This document shows positions 1 to 10,309 of a DNA stretch of 64,000 nt, one piece after another. The translations under genes and the position numbers were made by a program. Position 1 is the first letter of the stretch; every line of letters begins with the position of its first letter. This DNA is from Alphaproteobacteria bacterium (GTDB lineage Bacteria; Pseudomonadota; Alphaproteobacteria; UBA828), in contig CBDCCI010000002.1 of assembly GCA_965214705.1 (NCBI GenBank), positions 416,001-480,000 on the forward strand. The letters run 5' to 3'. The notes below the pieces were generated by a model. That model was not told the DNA's origin. It saw nothing but the letters and a program-made list of their open reading frames with translations, and did no database searches.

Positions 1-2
1 GG

Positions 3-1439
3 GATTGGCCGATCCGCTTCGGTCACGACGTGCTGCTGGCGGAGACGTTCGTGGACCCGGCGCTCTTCCGGGGCACGGTCTACCGCGCGGCCAACTGGAT
101 CGAGGTCGGGCGCACCCGCGGCTTCGCTCGCGGTGGGGCCGGCTACAGCGAGCACGCACGGCCCAAGCGCGTGTTCCTTCTTCCCCTGTCCCGCACCGCG
201 CGGGCCCGGCTGCGGGCCGACGATCTCGACCCCCGTCTGCGACATGGAGTGCCGAAGATGACGCTCACCGCCGCACAGATGCGATCCCTCCCCGAGTTCT
301 TCCAGGGCATCGACGATCCCCGCCGCCGCCAGGGCCGGCGCCATGCGCTGCCCACGGTACTGGCGCTCGCCGCCGCCGCGACGTTCTGTGGCATGCGCGG
401 CTACAAGGCGATCAGCGAATGGGTCGACGACCTCAGTCCCAGGGTGCTGCAGCGCTTCCGCGTGCGCCGCCGCGACGGCCGGTACCGCCCGCCCAGCCTG
501 TCGGCGATGCGCAGCCTGCTGATCCGCGTCGATCCGGTCCAGCTCGACGCCGCGCTCAGGGCTTGGCACGAGGCCCACGGCTCGGGCGACAGCGCGCTGG
601 CCATCGACGGCAAGACCATCCGCGGCGCCATCGATGACGATGGCACGCAGGCTCATGTGCTCGGCATCATAGGCCACGACACCAAGGCGCCCTGGGGTCA
701 AAAAAAGTCGGCATGAGGCCCGACGCCGACGAAGGGGAGAAGCGCACCAACGAGATCGGCACCATCATCCCCCTGCTCGAGACGGTGCCCGACATCGCGG
801 GCCGCACCGTCACCGCCGATGCTCTGCTCACCCAGCGCGCGCTGGCCTCCTATCTGCGCGACCGCGGCGCCGACTATCTGTTCACCGTCAAGGGCAACCA
901 GCCCACCTTGCTCGACGACATCCGGCTCACTCTCGACGAGGCCATCGCAGGCCGCGCGCCGGACTTCGCGGACGAGAGCCCCAAGCCCGAGCACGGCCGC
1001 CGCGAGCGGCGCTCCATCTGGGTCTCCAGCGAGCTCAACGACTACCTCAACTTCCCCGGCGTCGGACAGGTCTTCGCCGTGCGGCGCGAAACCCGGCACG
1101 TCAAATCCGGCAAGGAGCTGCGAGACGGCTTACGGCGTCACCAGCCTGAGTGCGCAGGCCGCATCGCCGGAACGCCTGCTCACCCTCAATCGCGGGCACT
1201 GGACCATCGAGGCGGCCCATCACATCCTCGACTGGAGCTTCGACGAGGACCGATGCCGTATCCGCTCGGGCTACGGTCCGGAGAACATGACCCTGCTGCG
1301 GCGCTTCGCCATCGGCGTCATCAAGGGGCGCGGGCTCGCTGTCGCCGAGACCATGCGCAATCTGGCCAGGAAACCGAGGCGGGTTCTCGACTTCCTGAAA
1401 ATGACCGACAACGTCGCTCCGCGGCCAGCGCCGGACTGA
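3..1439 (+). pseudogene. DUF4338-ISAs1 transposase spread over three frames (likely programmed -1 shift at 701-707, plus a second shift near 1115)
   Basis: LAETFVDPALFRGTVYRAANW (DUF4338 C-part); DPRRRQGRRH and AIDGKTIRG in ORF 30..716; TNEI..IPLL, VTADALLTQ, VKGNQPTL and HGRRERR in ORF 713; RGHWTIE..HHILDWSFDEDRCR in ORF 819..1439. Confidence 0.85.
701..707 (+). promoter_or_regulatory. A_AAA_AAG -1 ribosomal frameshift site
   Basis: In-frame codons CAA AAA AAG TCG GCA TGA. The -1 frame continues with ISAs1 sequence (KVGMRPDADEGEKRTNEI). Confidence 0.7.
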
Positions 1440-1754
1440 CCCCCTCCCAGCCGTGCCCCTCGCCGCGACGCCAACCCTCGGAACGCCGGGGGCGAGCGGT
1501 CATGTTCAGATGAAGCCGTGCTCGACTCTCGCGGCCAAGGGCATCGCTATGCGGCGGCGCGATGGCAATGCGGCGGCGCGGCCAAATCCCGTGCCCAGCC
1601 CCCGCAAGGTCCCAAACGAAAGCGGATGGAGCATGATTCAGTGCCGTCAGCCAGCGGCGAAAATCAGAACGAATTTGCCGTGGTCAAGCCGCTTTGTTGT
1701 GCCTAGTAGGTATTTTGGGTTGTCCACGGCGCCGCCGCTCGCTATGCTTCCTCC

Positions 1755-2605
1755 ATGTTCGTGCGCATCAAGACCACCCCCAACAGCCCGCGCCGCTCGG
1801 TGCAACTCGTCGAGGGCGTGCGCGACGGCGGCAAGGTCCGACAGCGCATCGTCCGCCACATCGGCGTGGCCATGGACGAGGACGAACTGGAGCGCCTGAG
1901 GCAGCTCGGCGAGTACGTCAAGGCGAAGCTGGAGGACGAGCGCCAGCCGGCGCTGTTCGCACCCGAGAAGATCGCCGAGCAGGTGATCCGCCTCGGCCGC
2001 CAGGGAGACGGCAAGCAGGAACTCCCGGTCGACCTCAAGCAGCTTGAAGAGGAGCAGCGTCTGGTCACAGGGGTTCACGAGGTCTACGGCGAGATGTACC
2101 GCCTGCTGGGCCTCGACGCGCTGCTGCCGCGCTCGCGCTACCGGGCCTCCCATGACGCGCTGTTCCATGTGGTGATGGCACGGATCGCCAACCCGGACAG
2201 CAAGCGGGGCAGCGTGCGTCGGCTCGAGGAGGATTTCGGCGTGAGCCTTTCGCTCGAGAAGGTCTACTGGATGATGGACCGGCTGGACGCGAAGGCGATC
2301 GGGCATCTGCGCACGCGCGTCGGCGAGGCGAGCCGGGCGCTGCTGCCGGAGCCGGTCGCGGTTCTGTTCTTCGATTGCACTACGCTCGCCTTCGAGACGG
2401 CGGTGGAGGACACGCTTCGCCAGCACGGCTTCAGCAAGGACGGCAAGCACAAGGACTCCCAGGTGCTGCTGGCGCTGATGGTCACGCGCGAGGGGCTGCC
2501 GGTGAGCTACGAGGTCTTTCCCGGCGCCACCTATGAGGGACACAGCCTGGTGCCGGCGCTGCGGGACATGCAACAGCGCCACCGGGTCGAGCGTCAGGTG
2601 TGCAC
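1755..2605 (+). pseudogene. IS1634-family transposase, 3'-truncated
   Basis: MFVRIKTT..SVQLVEGVRDGGKVRQR N-terminus, FFDCTTLAFE, GFSKDGKH..QVLLALMVTREGLP. Homology stops just before the IS at 2610. Confidence 0.85.
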
Positions 2606-2609
2606 TTAC

Positions 2610-4111
2610 GAGCCACTTGCAAAATTCCGCATTTGAGCGGGATTTTGCCGCCGTGGCGGTCAGATTGTCCTGGAAATCGGGACCGCTCTCTGTTCCTGTC
2701 GGGTTTCGGACAACGTCGACGGAGAGGGCGGCCCCATGTCGCTGGGACAGACACTATCCGGATTCTGGCATCACATTCAAGCGGATCTTTTCCCGTGGCT
2801 TGAGGAGGAGCTCGGGCCGCTCGGCGAGAGGTACCGGCGCTTCGTCACCGTGCTTGAGCTTGCGCGGGTCGAGAGCTTCCTTCCCCATTTCCATGGCCTG
2901 CCCGGTCGGCCGGTCGAGGATCGGGCGGCCTTGGCCCGCGCCTTCATCGCCAAGGCGGTGTTCGACGTACCCACGACGCGCGCCCTGATCGAGCGCCTTG
3001 AGAACGACAAGACGCTACGCCGTCTCTGCGGCTGGACCTATGCCGCAGAGATCCCGAGCGAGGCGACGTTTTCGCGGGCGTTTGCGGAGTTCTCCGAGAG
3101 TGCGTTGCCCGCTCGCGTGCATGAGGCGCTGATCAAGCAGACCCTCGGAGACCATCTGGTCGGGCACGTCTCGCGCGACTCGACGGCGATCGAGGCGCGC
3201 GAGAAGCCTCAGCCCAAGCCCAAGGCGGAGAAGCCGAAGCGCAAGCGCGGCCGCCCGCGCAAGGGCGAGGAGCGGCCCAAGGAGGAGCGCCGCGTGAAAC
3301 GCCAGCTCACGATGAGCTTGCCCCAGATGCTCGACGACCTGCCGAAAGCCTGCGACGTCGGCACCAAGCGCAACGCCAGGGGCCATACCACATCGTGGAT
3401 CGGTTACAAGCTGCACATCGACGCCGCCGATGGCGGCATTCCGATCAGTTGCATCCTGACGTCCGCCTCGCTGCACGACAGCCAGGCCGCGATCCCGCTG
3501 GCGAGTATGACCGCCGACCGCGTCACCAATCTGTACGACCTCATGGACTCAGCCTATGACGCGCCCGAGATCGGCTGGCACAGCTACCTGCTGGGCCACG
3601 TCCCGATCATCGACGTCAACCCTCGCGACAAGGAGTACAAGGAGGAGCTGGCGCGCGAGGCCAGGGCGCAGAGAGGCGTCGGTCACCGCCACCCGGCGGA
3701 CGAGCGCTACAACGAGCGCTCGAACATCGAGCGCATCAACGGTGGGCTGAAGGACAACTGCGGGGGCCGCCATGTCCGCGTGCGCGGCCATGCCAAGGTT
3801 CATTGCCACCTGATGTTCGGCATCCTGGTGCTGACGGTCGACCAGCTGATGCGCCTCCTGGCCTGAGCGGCGCCTCCGTCGCTGTCACGCCGGCACGCCT
3901 CCCTCCGCGGAGGCGCAAAAAGCCATGTCCGCATCGCGACGGCGGGTCCAAAATGCGCCCGCATGGGCATCGGTTTGCGGCGAATCGGCGCCCCGGCGGC
4001 AGCCAGCGACGTCCGCTCGTCCCGAAGTTCATGTTACGTTCCGACCGTCAATGTCCTCACGCCGGGCTCTCGGGAAAAGCAGACCGCGCCTGGGAGTTTT
4101 GCAAGTGGCTC
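2610..4111 (+). mobile_element. Complete 1502-bp IS (IS5/IS1182-like DDE)
   Basis: 15-bp terminal IR GAGCCACTTGCAAAA / TTTTGCAAGTGGCTC; 4-bp TSD TTAC at 2606-2609 and 4112-4115. Confidence 0.9.
2736..3866 (+). CDS. DDE transposase (IS5/IS1182-like), 376 aa
   Basis: PSEATFSRAF, SRDSTAIEA, WIGYKLH, LMDSAYD, Y.ERSNIERING motifs; lies inside an IR/TSD-bounded element. Confidence 0.88.
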   Translation: MSLGQTLSGFWHHIQADLFPWLEEELGPLGERYRRFVTVLELARVESFLPHFHGLPGRPVEDRAALARAFIAKAVFDVPTTRALIERLENDKTLRRLCGWTYAAEIPSEATFSRAFAEFSESALPARVHEALIKQTLGDHLVGHVSRDSTAIEAREKPQPKPKAEKPKRKRGRPRKGEERPKEERRVKRQLTMSLPQMLDDLPKACDVGTKRNARGHTTSWIGYKLHIDAADGGIPISCILTSASLHDSQAAIPLASMTADRVTNLYDLMDSAYDAPEIGWHSYLLGHVPIIDVNPRDKEYKEELAREARAQRGVGHRHPADERYNERSNIERINGGLKDNCGGRHVRVRGHAKVHCHLMFGILVLTVDQLMRLLA

Positions 4112-4457
4112 TTACATTAGCGAATATCTGGCGGGCGCACCGTGACGTAGGGTTGCAGTTTCCTCCTGTATTAGATCGATGCTACAGAGGTTTACGGCTG
4201 ACGTCAAGGGCGAATGGAGCGGGGCGGGAAGACACATTGGCTGATCGTATGTCTCTCGGGAGTTGCATTCGGGGAAGCCGGGATGTGGAATTTGCCGTAG
4301 AGCATTGCTATGGTGCCTTTGCCGGGAACGGATCATTCGGTCAGGACACACGAATGGTACATGTTCTCGTGCGCGAGGAATATCATAGGAGTTTCTTGAT
4401 CTATTCTACATTGATGCGTAGCTGCGTGTCCCGGTTGCAACAGGTCCATACAGACGG

Positions 4458-4680
4458 ATGGCCACGATGAGGGAGAATGCCGGCGGACGGCGCCAGCGCG
4501 CGGTCATGGCGACCGATGCGGAGTGGGAACGAATCGGCCGGGCGGCTGCGGCGAGCGGCATGGACCTGTCGCGCTTCGTGATCCATCGCGCGCTGGACCG
4601 GGACCCTCTGCCGCCGGAGGTCCTGCGCCGGGCGGTACGCGAGATGCTGGTGCTGTCCATGCTGGAGATCCTCTCGAGGG
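4458..4680 (+). pseudogene. MobC-like ribbon-helix-helix protein, truncated
   Basis: AVMATDAEWERIGRAAAASGMDLSRFVIHRAL fits the RHH pattern of relaxosome accessory proteins; paralog at 23918. Confidence 0.5.
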
Positions 4681-4769
4681 CGACTCGGAGACCGGCGCTA
4701 CGGTGCCGTTCTCGCCAAACCTGAGTAGGAGACACGATATGCCCCCCAAGAACGAGACCGCGACGCCGG

Positions 4770-5197
4770 CCGAGGCGGAGGGGAGCGAAGAACAGGCGGC
4801 GGTGAAAATCGCAGCGCTCACCCGGCTGAAGTCGATCGGCGAGAACGAAGCGACGGTGCTCGTCCACGAAATCTTCTACCGCCGCTTCCGCAACCGCCGT
4901 GAGCTCGCGAGCTGGGTCGGCCTGACGCCGACCCCCTGGGCGAGCGGCGACACGCAGCGCGACCGGGGGATTGACCGCGACGGTCCGGCATGGATCCGGG
5001 CACAACTCATCCAAATGGCGTGGCGTTGGCTGCGCTATCAGCCCGAGAGCCCTCTCAGCGCGTGGTTCGAGGAGCGCACTGCGGGCTCTCGGGGACGGAT
5101 GCGCAAGGTGATGGTGGCGCTCGCCCGCAAGCTGCTGATCGCGCTCTGGCGGTTCGCCGAGACCGGTCTCGTCCCGACGGGCGCCAAGCTCGTCTGA
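4770..5197 (+). pseudogene. IS110-family transposase C-terminal fragment (copy A)
   Basis: FRNRRELASWVGLTPTPWASG, QMAWRWLRYQPES, VALARKLLIALWRF; start approximate. Confidence 0.85.
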
Positions 5198-5400
5198 TCG
5201 CGAGACCGCGCTGATCCAGACTGGCCGGACGCGGCCAGCGCTGGGCCGGGTGGCGAGTGGCCGAGCCTCTCACGGGCTGAAACACGCCGAGCAGGAGATG
5301 GGCCCCGCCTCCGGAACGCTGCGCCCGCAGCAAGCGGGATCGAGGGATGGTTCCGGCGCACCGCCGTTGAAAGAGAAACCTCCCGGATAAGAGTTGGGTA
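5198..5400 (+). ncRNA. Putative bridge/seekRNA region of IS110 copy A (3'-truncated)
   Basis: Conserved scaffold CGGACGCGGC..GTGGCCG-N9-NGGGCTGAAA..CGCCG-N7-GATGGGCCCCGCCTCCGGAACG..CCGGATAAGAG shared with the three other copies. Confidence 0.65.
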
Positions 5401-6036
5401 CGGGTGCCGAGCGTGGAGGAGGAGGACCGCAAGCGGTTGCTCCGTGAGCGTCGGCGGCTGGTGAAGGAGCGGACGTCGCTGACGAACTCGATCAAGGGGC
5501 TACTCAAGCTGCAGGGGGTCTTCGACTTGGATCCTCGGGCCAAGGAGTTCGAGGAGAAGTTCGCGGACGCGGTGACCGCATACGGCTCACTGTTCCCGCC
5601 GCGGGCGCGTCAGGAGATTCTGCGGCTTGTGGAGCGGCTGTCGCTCGTGCAGCGGCAGATCACGGCAGTCGAGGCCGAGCGGGATGCGGTTGTCCGCCAG
5701 GGCGCCGCTATCCCGGCGCCGGTCGCGCCGCAGCGAAGCGAGGAGCGGGCGGCGGCCAGGATCGCGACGTTGGCCCAGCTGAAGGGGATCGGCGCGAACG
5801 ACGCGATGCTGCTTGAGCACGAGATCTTCTACCGCGACTTCGGAAACCGCCGTGAGCTTGCGAGCTGGGTCGGGTTGACGCCGACCCCATGGTCGAGCGG
5901 GGACATGCAACGCGACCAGGGGATCGACCGCGACGGTCCGGCCTGGATCCGTGCCCTCCTCGTCCAAATGGCGTGGCGCTGGTTGCGCCATCAACCCGAC
6001 AGCGCGCTTAGCAAGTGGTTCGATGAGCGCACCGCC
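5401..6036 (+). pseudogene. IS110 transposase copy B, first part (5'-truncated, interrupted by the transposon at 6037)
   Basis: RVPSVEEEDRKRLLRERRRL..KWFDERTA; the frame resumes exactly at 10595 (GARGRIRRVMIV). Confidence 0.88.
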
Positions 6037-6346
6037 TGTTGTTTCGCACGTTATTTGACGCCGAATCTCCCAGATTATTTGACGTGATCGCTGCCCTGAT
6101 TTCCCAGATTGCTCGGTCTTTTCCGGATCGAAGCGTAGGAGCTCATGGTCTCTGCGGGCGGTCCGGGGTCGCTGTCTGATTGAGGTTTGGACTGGTGCTT
6201 GAGGAGGGCTGACGAGGTGTCGCGCGGCCGTCCACACGACGAAGTGCTGCCATGGCCTGAAGCAAGCTTCCGGCCACGGACTGGCCGCTCACTTGACGTA
6301 GTATCCCGGTGGAGGCGCAGCGCCTTCCGGACCGTTGGGGAGGGGT

Positions 6347-6408
6347 GGTTCCCGACGGCGGTTCCGGCTCGAACCCCTAGGCGTTGGCGGAACCGGGCTC
6401 CGGGAACC
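6347..6408. repeat. Bipartite inverted repeat GGTTCCCG..CGGTTCCG / CGGAACCG..CGGGAACC overlapping the stop of the AAA_25 gene (ori-like)
   Basis: Seen directly; central CCTAGG. The function is inferred. Confidence 0.5.
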
Positions 6409-7414
6409 GCGGGGCCTGCGGCCGACTGCTGCCGTTGGCGGCGGCGGCCGCCGCCCGCTTGTCCGCTGCGCCTGCGACGACGCTGTAGCCGCCCTCGGCG
6501 TTGCGCGCGACGCGACCCTCCTGGACGAGCTTTTGCAAGATTACGCCGACGGTCTTGTGCCGGGTCGCGGCGCGTTCCCGGATCTGGCGTTGCGAGAGCG
6601 GCGCCCCGGCGTCGGCGAGCGCCTTGAGAACGCGGCATTCGGGAGTTTCGGGCTGAGGCGGCCCGCCGGCCGGGGGCGGCTGGCGCAGCTGGAAGGAGGG
6701 CTCCTCTCCGTCTTCCTTGAGCTCGATCTCGATGTCGTCGAGACCGCGAGCGGCGCGATGCTCGACGGTCATGAGCGTCTGCCGGTCCCGGCGGCGCAGG
6801 TATAGATTCGAATCTCCCCAGGCGTGCAGCTCACTGCTGCCCCGCAGGGCCTGCCCCGGCCTCGTGGCCCCGCTCTTGCGGGCGTGATGGACGAGCAGCA
6901 CGGCGGTCTCGAAGCGGCGTTGCAGGTCGCGCAGGAAGCCGAGGATCGGGGCGACGTCTGCGACCGTGTTCTCGTCCACGCCGTGCAGGCGGACCAGGGG
7001 GTCGAGGACCACGAGGCGCGGTGCGATGCGCTCCACGGTCTGCTGCAGGCGGCGCCGGTCGTCGAGATGGTCGAGGCGCAGTGTGGGCACGTCGATAACG
7101 GCGATGTCGAGGGTCTCGAAGCGAGCGCCTGCGGCGCGGGCGATCCCCTGCAGGCGCTTGCGCACGAGGTGGCCGGCGTCTTCTGCGGCGAACATCAGGA
7201 CCGGACCGGGCCGGGCCGGGGCGAAGTGCCGCAGGCATGGAACGCCGGCGGCGACTGCGACCGCGAGGTCCAGCGCCAGGATGGACTTGCCGCACTTGGG
7301 CTCGCCGCCGACGATGCCGACGGCTTGCTCGCCCCACAGCGTGTCCACCAGCCATTGCTGCTCGCGCGGCCGCTCCTCCAGCTCGATCGGGGTGCGGGTC
7401 GGGAAGCCGGTCAT
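6377..7414 (-). CDS. AAA_25 / RecA-like (RepA helicase-like) ATPase with C-terminal winged HTH
   Basis: WLVDTLW, GEPKCGKS Walker A, AAED, LVVLDPL, LLVHHARK, LRGSSEL motifs; ATG overlaps the upstream stop (ATGA at 7411-7414). Confidence 0.82.
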   Translation of the reverse strand: MTGFPTRTPIELEERPREQQWLVDTLWGEQAVGIVGGEPKCGKSILALDLAVAVAAGVPCLRHFAPARPGPVLMFAAEDAGHLVRKRLQGIARAAGARFETLDIAVIDVPTLRLDHLDDRRRLQQTVERIAPRLVVLDPLVRLHGVDENTVADVAPILGFLRDLQRRFETAVLLVHHARKSGATRPGQALRGSSELHAWGDSNLYLRRRDRQTLMTVEHRAARGLDDIEIELKEDGEEPSFQLRQPPPAGGPPQPETPECRVLKALADAGAPLSQRQIRERAATRHKTVGVILQKLVQEGRVARNAEGGYSVVAGAADKRAAAAAANGSSRPQAPRFPEPGSANA

Positions 7415-8214
7415 GGCCGCAACTCCTCTAGCGCGTGCTGCAGGTGCTCGGCGCTGACGGTCCTCGCCTCGTCGAGGGCGGCGGCGGAGAGCGCGTAGTG
7501 GGCGATGCGGTTGATCTGGCGCGGCAGGCCGCGCGCGCTCTGGAACAGGGCCTCGACGGCGGGCTCCTCGAAGAGCGGCAGCTCGCATCCCGCGAGCCTG
7601 AGGCGGTGCTTGATGTAGGCGTCGACCTCATCTCGGTCGAGGCCGGTGAGATGATGGCGGACGACGAGGCGCTGGCTGAGGGATTCGTGCATCGCCATGG
7701 CGAGACGCCGCCTGAGCTCGGTCAGGCCGACGAGGACGAGGCACAGGCGCTGCTCCGAATCCATGGCGAAGTTGGTGAGCAGGCGCAGGTCCTCGAGCAC
7801 GTCGTTGCGCAGGTGATGGGCCTCGTCGATGACGAGGACCGGCAGCTGCTTGGCCTCGGTGACGAGGCGGGAGATCTCGTTGCGGATTGCCTGATGGGCC
7901 GAGGCGCGCGAGCGCTCGATGGGCAGGCCGAGCTCCCACGCGATCGATTTGTACATGTCGAGCACGTTGCCCGTGGTCAGCGAGACGTAGTGGACCCGGT
8001 AGAGGCCAGGGTGGAGCTGCGCCGTCAGGTGCCGGCAGGCGGTGGTCTTGCCGGAGCCCACCTCGCCGGTGAGCAGGCCGATACCGCGCAGCTCGATGAG
8101 GTGGCCGAGCCTGGCCTCGGCCTCGCGGCGCGCGTTGGACTCGAACAGCTCGTCGGTCTCTGTCGGGGTCTCGAAGGGCAGGCGGGTGAAAGCGAAGTGG
8201 CGCTGGTACATCAC
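7411..8214 (-). CDS. ExeA-like AAA+ ATPase (TnsC/MuB/IstB-type transposition helper)
   Basis: MY..HF.F...PF N-terminus, GEVGSGKT, VLVIDEAH, SQRL, GLPRQIN; translationally coupled to the transposase. Confidence 0.88.
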   Translation of the reverse strand: MMYQRHFAFTRLPFETPTETDELFESNARREAEARLGHLIELRGIGLLTGEVGSGKTTACRHLTAQLHPGLYRVHYVSLTTGNVLDMYKSIAWELGLPIERSRASAHQAIRNEISRLVTEAKQLPVLVIDEAHHLRNDVLEDLRLLTNFAMDSEQRLCLVLVGLTELRRRLAMAMHESLSQRLVVRHHLTGLDRDEVDAYIKHRLRLAGCELPLFEEPAVEALFQSARGLPRQINRIAHYALSAAALDEARTVSAEHLQHALEELRP

Positions 8215-9539
8215 TCGTCCTCCTTCTTGTCCTTGAGCTTGTGCATGGCCAGCGGCGAGGGCGGGGGCTCGGGCGCCGGGTCCTCGGCCTCGATCTCCCT
8301 GGCCGGATAGGTGCGCCTGACGGCGGTGTTGGCGTAGGCGTCGAGAGGGGTAGCCTTGCCGGCCGGCTTGCCGTCATGGACCACGTCGAGAGGGCGCGAG
8401 GGCGGCGCGGCCGGGTCGTAGCGCAGGGTGATCTTCTCGCCGACCAGCACGGTATCGACCTCGTAGACGCAGCCGTCGAGACTGACGGTGCGATCCTTGT
8501 AGACACGGCGCTTGGCCTCGAAGAGGAACAGATCGTCGAGGTCCATGGTGGCGTCGGGATAGCGCACGCCGGCCGAGGCCAGCGCCCACTGCTCGAGCGG
8601 GGTGCGCCCCTCGTCGAGGCCACGATGCGGGCTGTTGTGATACTCCCCCTCGATCCAGGCCCAGAGGCTGCGGTTGAGCGCCTCCAGGCTGTCGACGTCA
8701 TCGCCGAGGTGGCGAAGCCAGCCGGCCCGAAGGGTGCGGAAGAAGCGCTCGATCTTACCCTTTCCCGCTGGCTGGAACGCTCTTGCGTGAATCAACGCAA
8801 CGCCGAGCCTGGCGCAGACCAGGGAGAGATGACGGGAGCGGTAGGCGCTTCCGTTGTCGACGTACAAGCGGGCCGGGAGGCCGCGCCGGATCAGCGCGTC
8901 CTTGAACACCGGCAGGAACGCCGCAGTGTTCTCCGCCATGGCGAAGGCGGCGAACGGGATGACGCGGGTGGCGTCGTCGATGAAGGCGATCAGGTAGGTC
9001 TTGCGCCGGCTGCGGCCGTGCCGGACCTTGGGTCCGTGCATGACGTCGCTCATCCACATCTCGCCGGCATGCCGGAAGGCGAAGCGGCGGCGATCCGCCC
9101 CGTCGGGCGGCTTCTTGTCGAACAGGCCCTCGCGGCTGAAGAGGCGGTGCACGGTGGACGAGGCGAGCGGGTGGTCGATACCCTCCTCGTGAGCCTTCTG
9201 GATGATGGCGCGGACCGACAATGCGTCGTTCTCGGTCTTCAGCGCGATGAGGCGCTCGGCGACCTCGGGCGGCAGCCGCCGGGGCTTCCCCCGGTCGGTA
9301 CGGGGCTTGGGGTAGAGCGCGTCGAAGCCGCCGTAGCGGTAGTCCTTGATCCAGCGCCGCATGGTCTCGGCGGCGACCCGGGTCCTGGTGGTTCCGGGGA
9401 TTGTGTAGGTCTTCTCGGCTTTGGCGCGCATCATCGCGCCGGCACCCGGTGCACCCACGGGCAGATGTACCAGATCGGCGATGACGTCGTATCGGAAGAG
9501 CGCGATCTGTTGGCGAAGGTCGTCGTCTGAGCTGTTCAT
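8211..9539 (-). CDS. DDE transposase/integrase (rve, Mu-like C-terminal domain)
   Basis: WMSDVMHG, FIDDATR, YVDNGSAY, KGKIERFFRT, YHNSPHRGL, RRVYKDRTVSLDG. Confidence 0.92.
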   Translation of the reverse strand: MNSSDDDLRQQIALFRYDVIADLVHLPVGAPGAGAMMRAKAEKTYTIPGTTRTRVAAETMRRWIKDYRYGGFDALYPKPRTDRGKPRRLPPEVAERLIALKTENDALSVRAIIQKAHEEGIDHPLASSTVHRLFSREGLFDKKPPDGADRRRFAFRHAGEMWMSDVMHGPKVRHGRSRRKTYLIAFIDDATRVIPFAAFAMAENTAAFLPVFKDALIRRGLPARLYVDNGSAYRSRHLSLVCARLGVALIHARAFQPAGKGKIERFFRTLRAGWLRHLGDDVDSLEALNRSLWAWIEGEYHNSPHRGLDEGRTPLEQWALASAGVRYPDATMDLDDLFLFEAKRRVYKDRTVSLDGCVYEVDTVLVGEKITLRYDPAAPPSRPLDVVHDGKPAGKATPLDAYANTAVRRTYPAREIEAEDPAPEPPPSPLAMHKLKDKKEDE

Positions 9540-9584
9540 GGTGCGATCCTCGTTCAGGGACTCCCTGGCCCCGGGATCGTCACG

Positions 9585-10220
9585 CTACGAACTCTCCGGC
9601 GGCGGGTCCGGCCCCGCCCGTTGTTGGAACTGCGGTTTGCGATTCCCCACGTCGATGCCGTGGGGTTGGAAGCCCAAAGGCGCGGGCAGCGTCTGGAGCT
9701 GCCCGGCGACCAGGCCGCGCAGTTCCATCAACGCGCTGTCGCTCTTCAGACGCTCGCGCACCGCGCTCATGGTGGGCGCGCAGCCCGCGAGCAGGTCGGG
9801 GATCAGGCCGATGACGCGCACAAGCGCGTTGTGCACGAGCTTCAGCCTGCGGCGGATCCAACGCACGGCGCCGGGAAGCTCGATGGCGTCCTCGTCCTCG
9901 GGGCAGCGCACCTCGTCCGCTGCCTCCTCCAGGCTGCCGGCCTCCTCCGCCACGACAACAACCGCTTCCAGCGCATCGAGCGTGCCCGGCAGCCGCGCCG
10001 CCAGACAGTCGGCCAGCAGGCCGATGGTCGTATGGCTCTCACGGCAATACCAGCGAGGAACCCTTGCGCCGGGCGGGGTCTTCCGCTCGTAGGTGCCGTG
10101 GCTTGCCACAGAACATCCGCCGTGCGGGTGATTCGGGCAGCGCTCAAGCCTTGCGTCGCGCCACGCCTCGGTCTTAACGTATTCCTCGCTGGTGAGCCCC
10201 GTTTCGTAGCGAAGCTGCAC
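9585..10220 (-). CDS. Transposon-associated putative Zn-finger/HTH protein, 211 aa
   Basis: CPNH..GC..HGTYERK..RWYC..H cluster of Cys/His residues; first gene of the transposon operon. Confidence 0.65.
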   Translation of the reverse strand: MQLRYETGLTSEEYVKTEAWRDARLERCPNHPHGGCSVASHGTYERKTPPGARVPRWYCRESHTTIGLLADCLAARLPGTLDALEAVVVVAEEAGSLEEAADEVRCPEDEDAIELPGAVRWIRRRLKLVHNALVRVIGLIPDLLAGCAPTMSAVRERLKSDSALMELRGLVAGQLQTLPAPLGFQPHGIDVGNRKPQFQQRAGPDPPPESS

Positions 10221-10309
10221 CGGCCCTGGCCCGGCGGGAGTTGAGTCCCCCGGGCCTCTCTTTGCGGTTCAGTGAGAGGCCGAGATTACGGACGCTCCCC
10301 GGCGCCGCC

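Larger units (their letters stand above)
1..1682 (+). mobile_element. ISAs1-family element with DUF4338-fused transposase (left part outside window)
   Basis: Transposase motifs as below. The right end ...AAAATCAGAACGAATTTGCCGTG (to 1682) resembles the reverse complement of the left end CAAGGCAAATTTG of the related copy at 19559. Confidence 0.75.

Noticed and set aside
7411-8214. Type II secretion ExeA/GspA gene
   Set aside because: It lacks the periplasmic domains, is coupled to a DDE transposase inside a TSD-bounded element, and no secretion genes are nearby.
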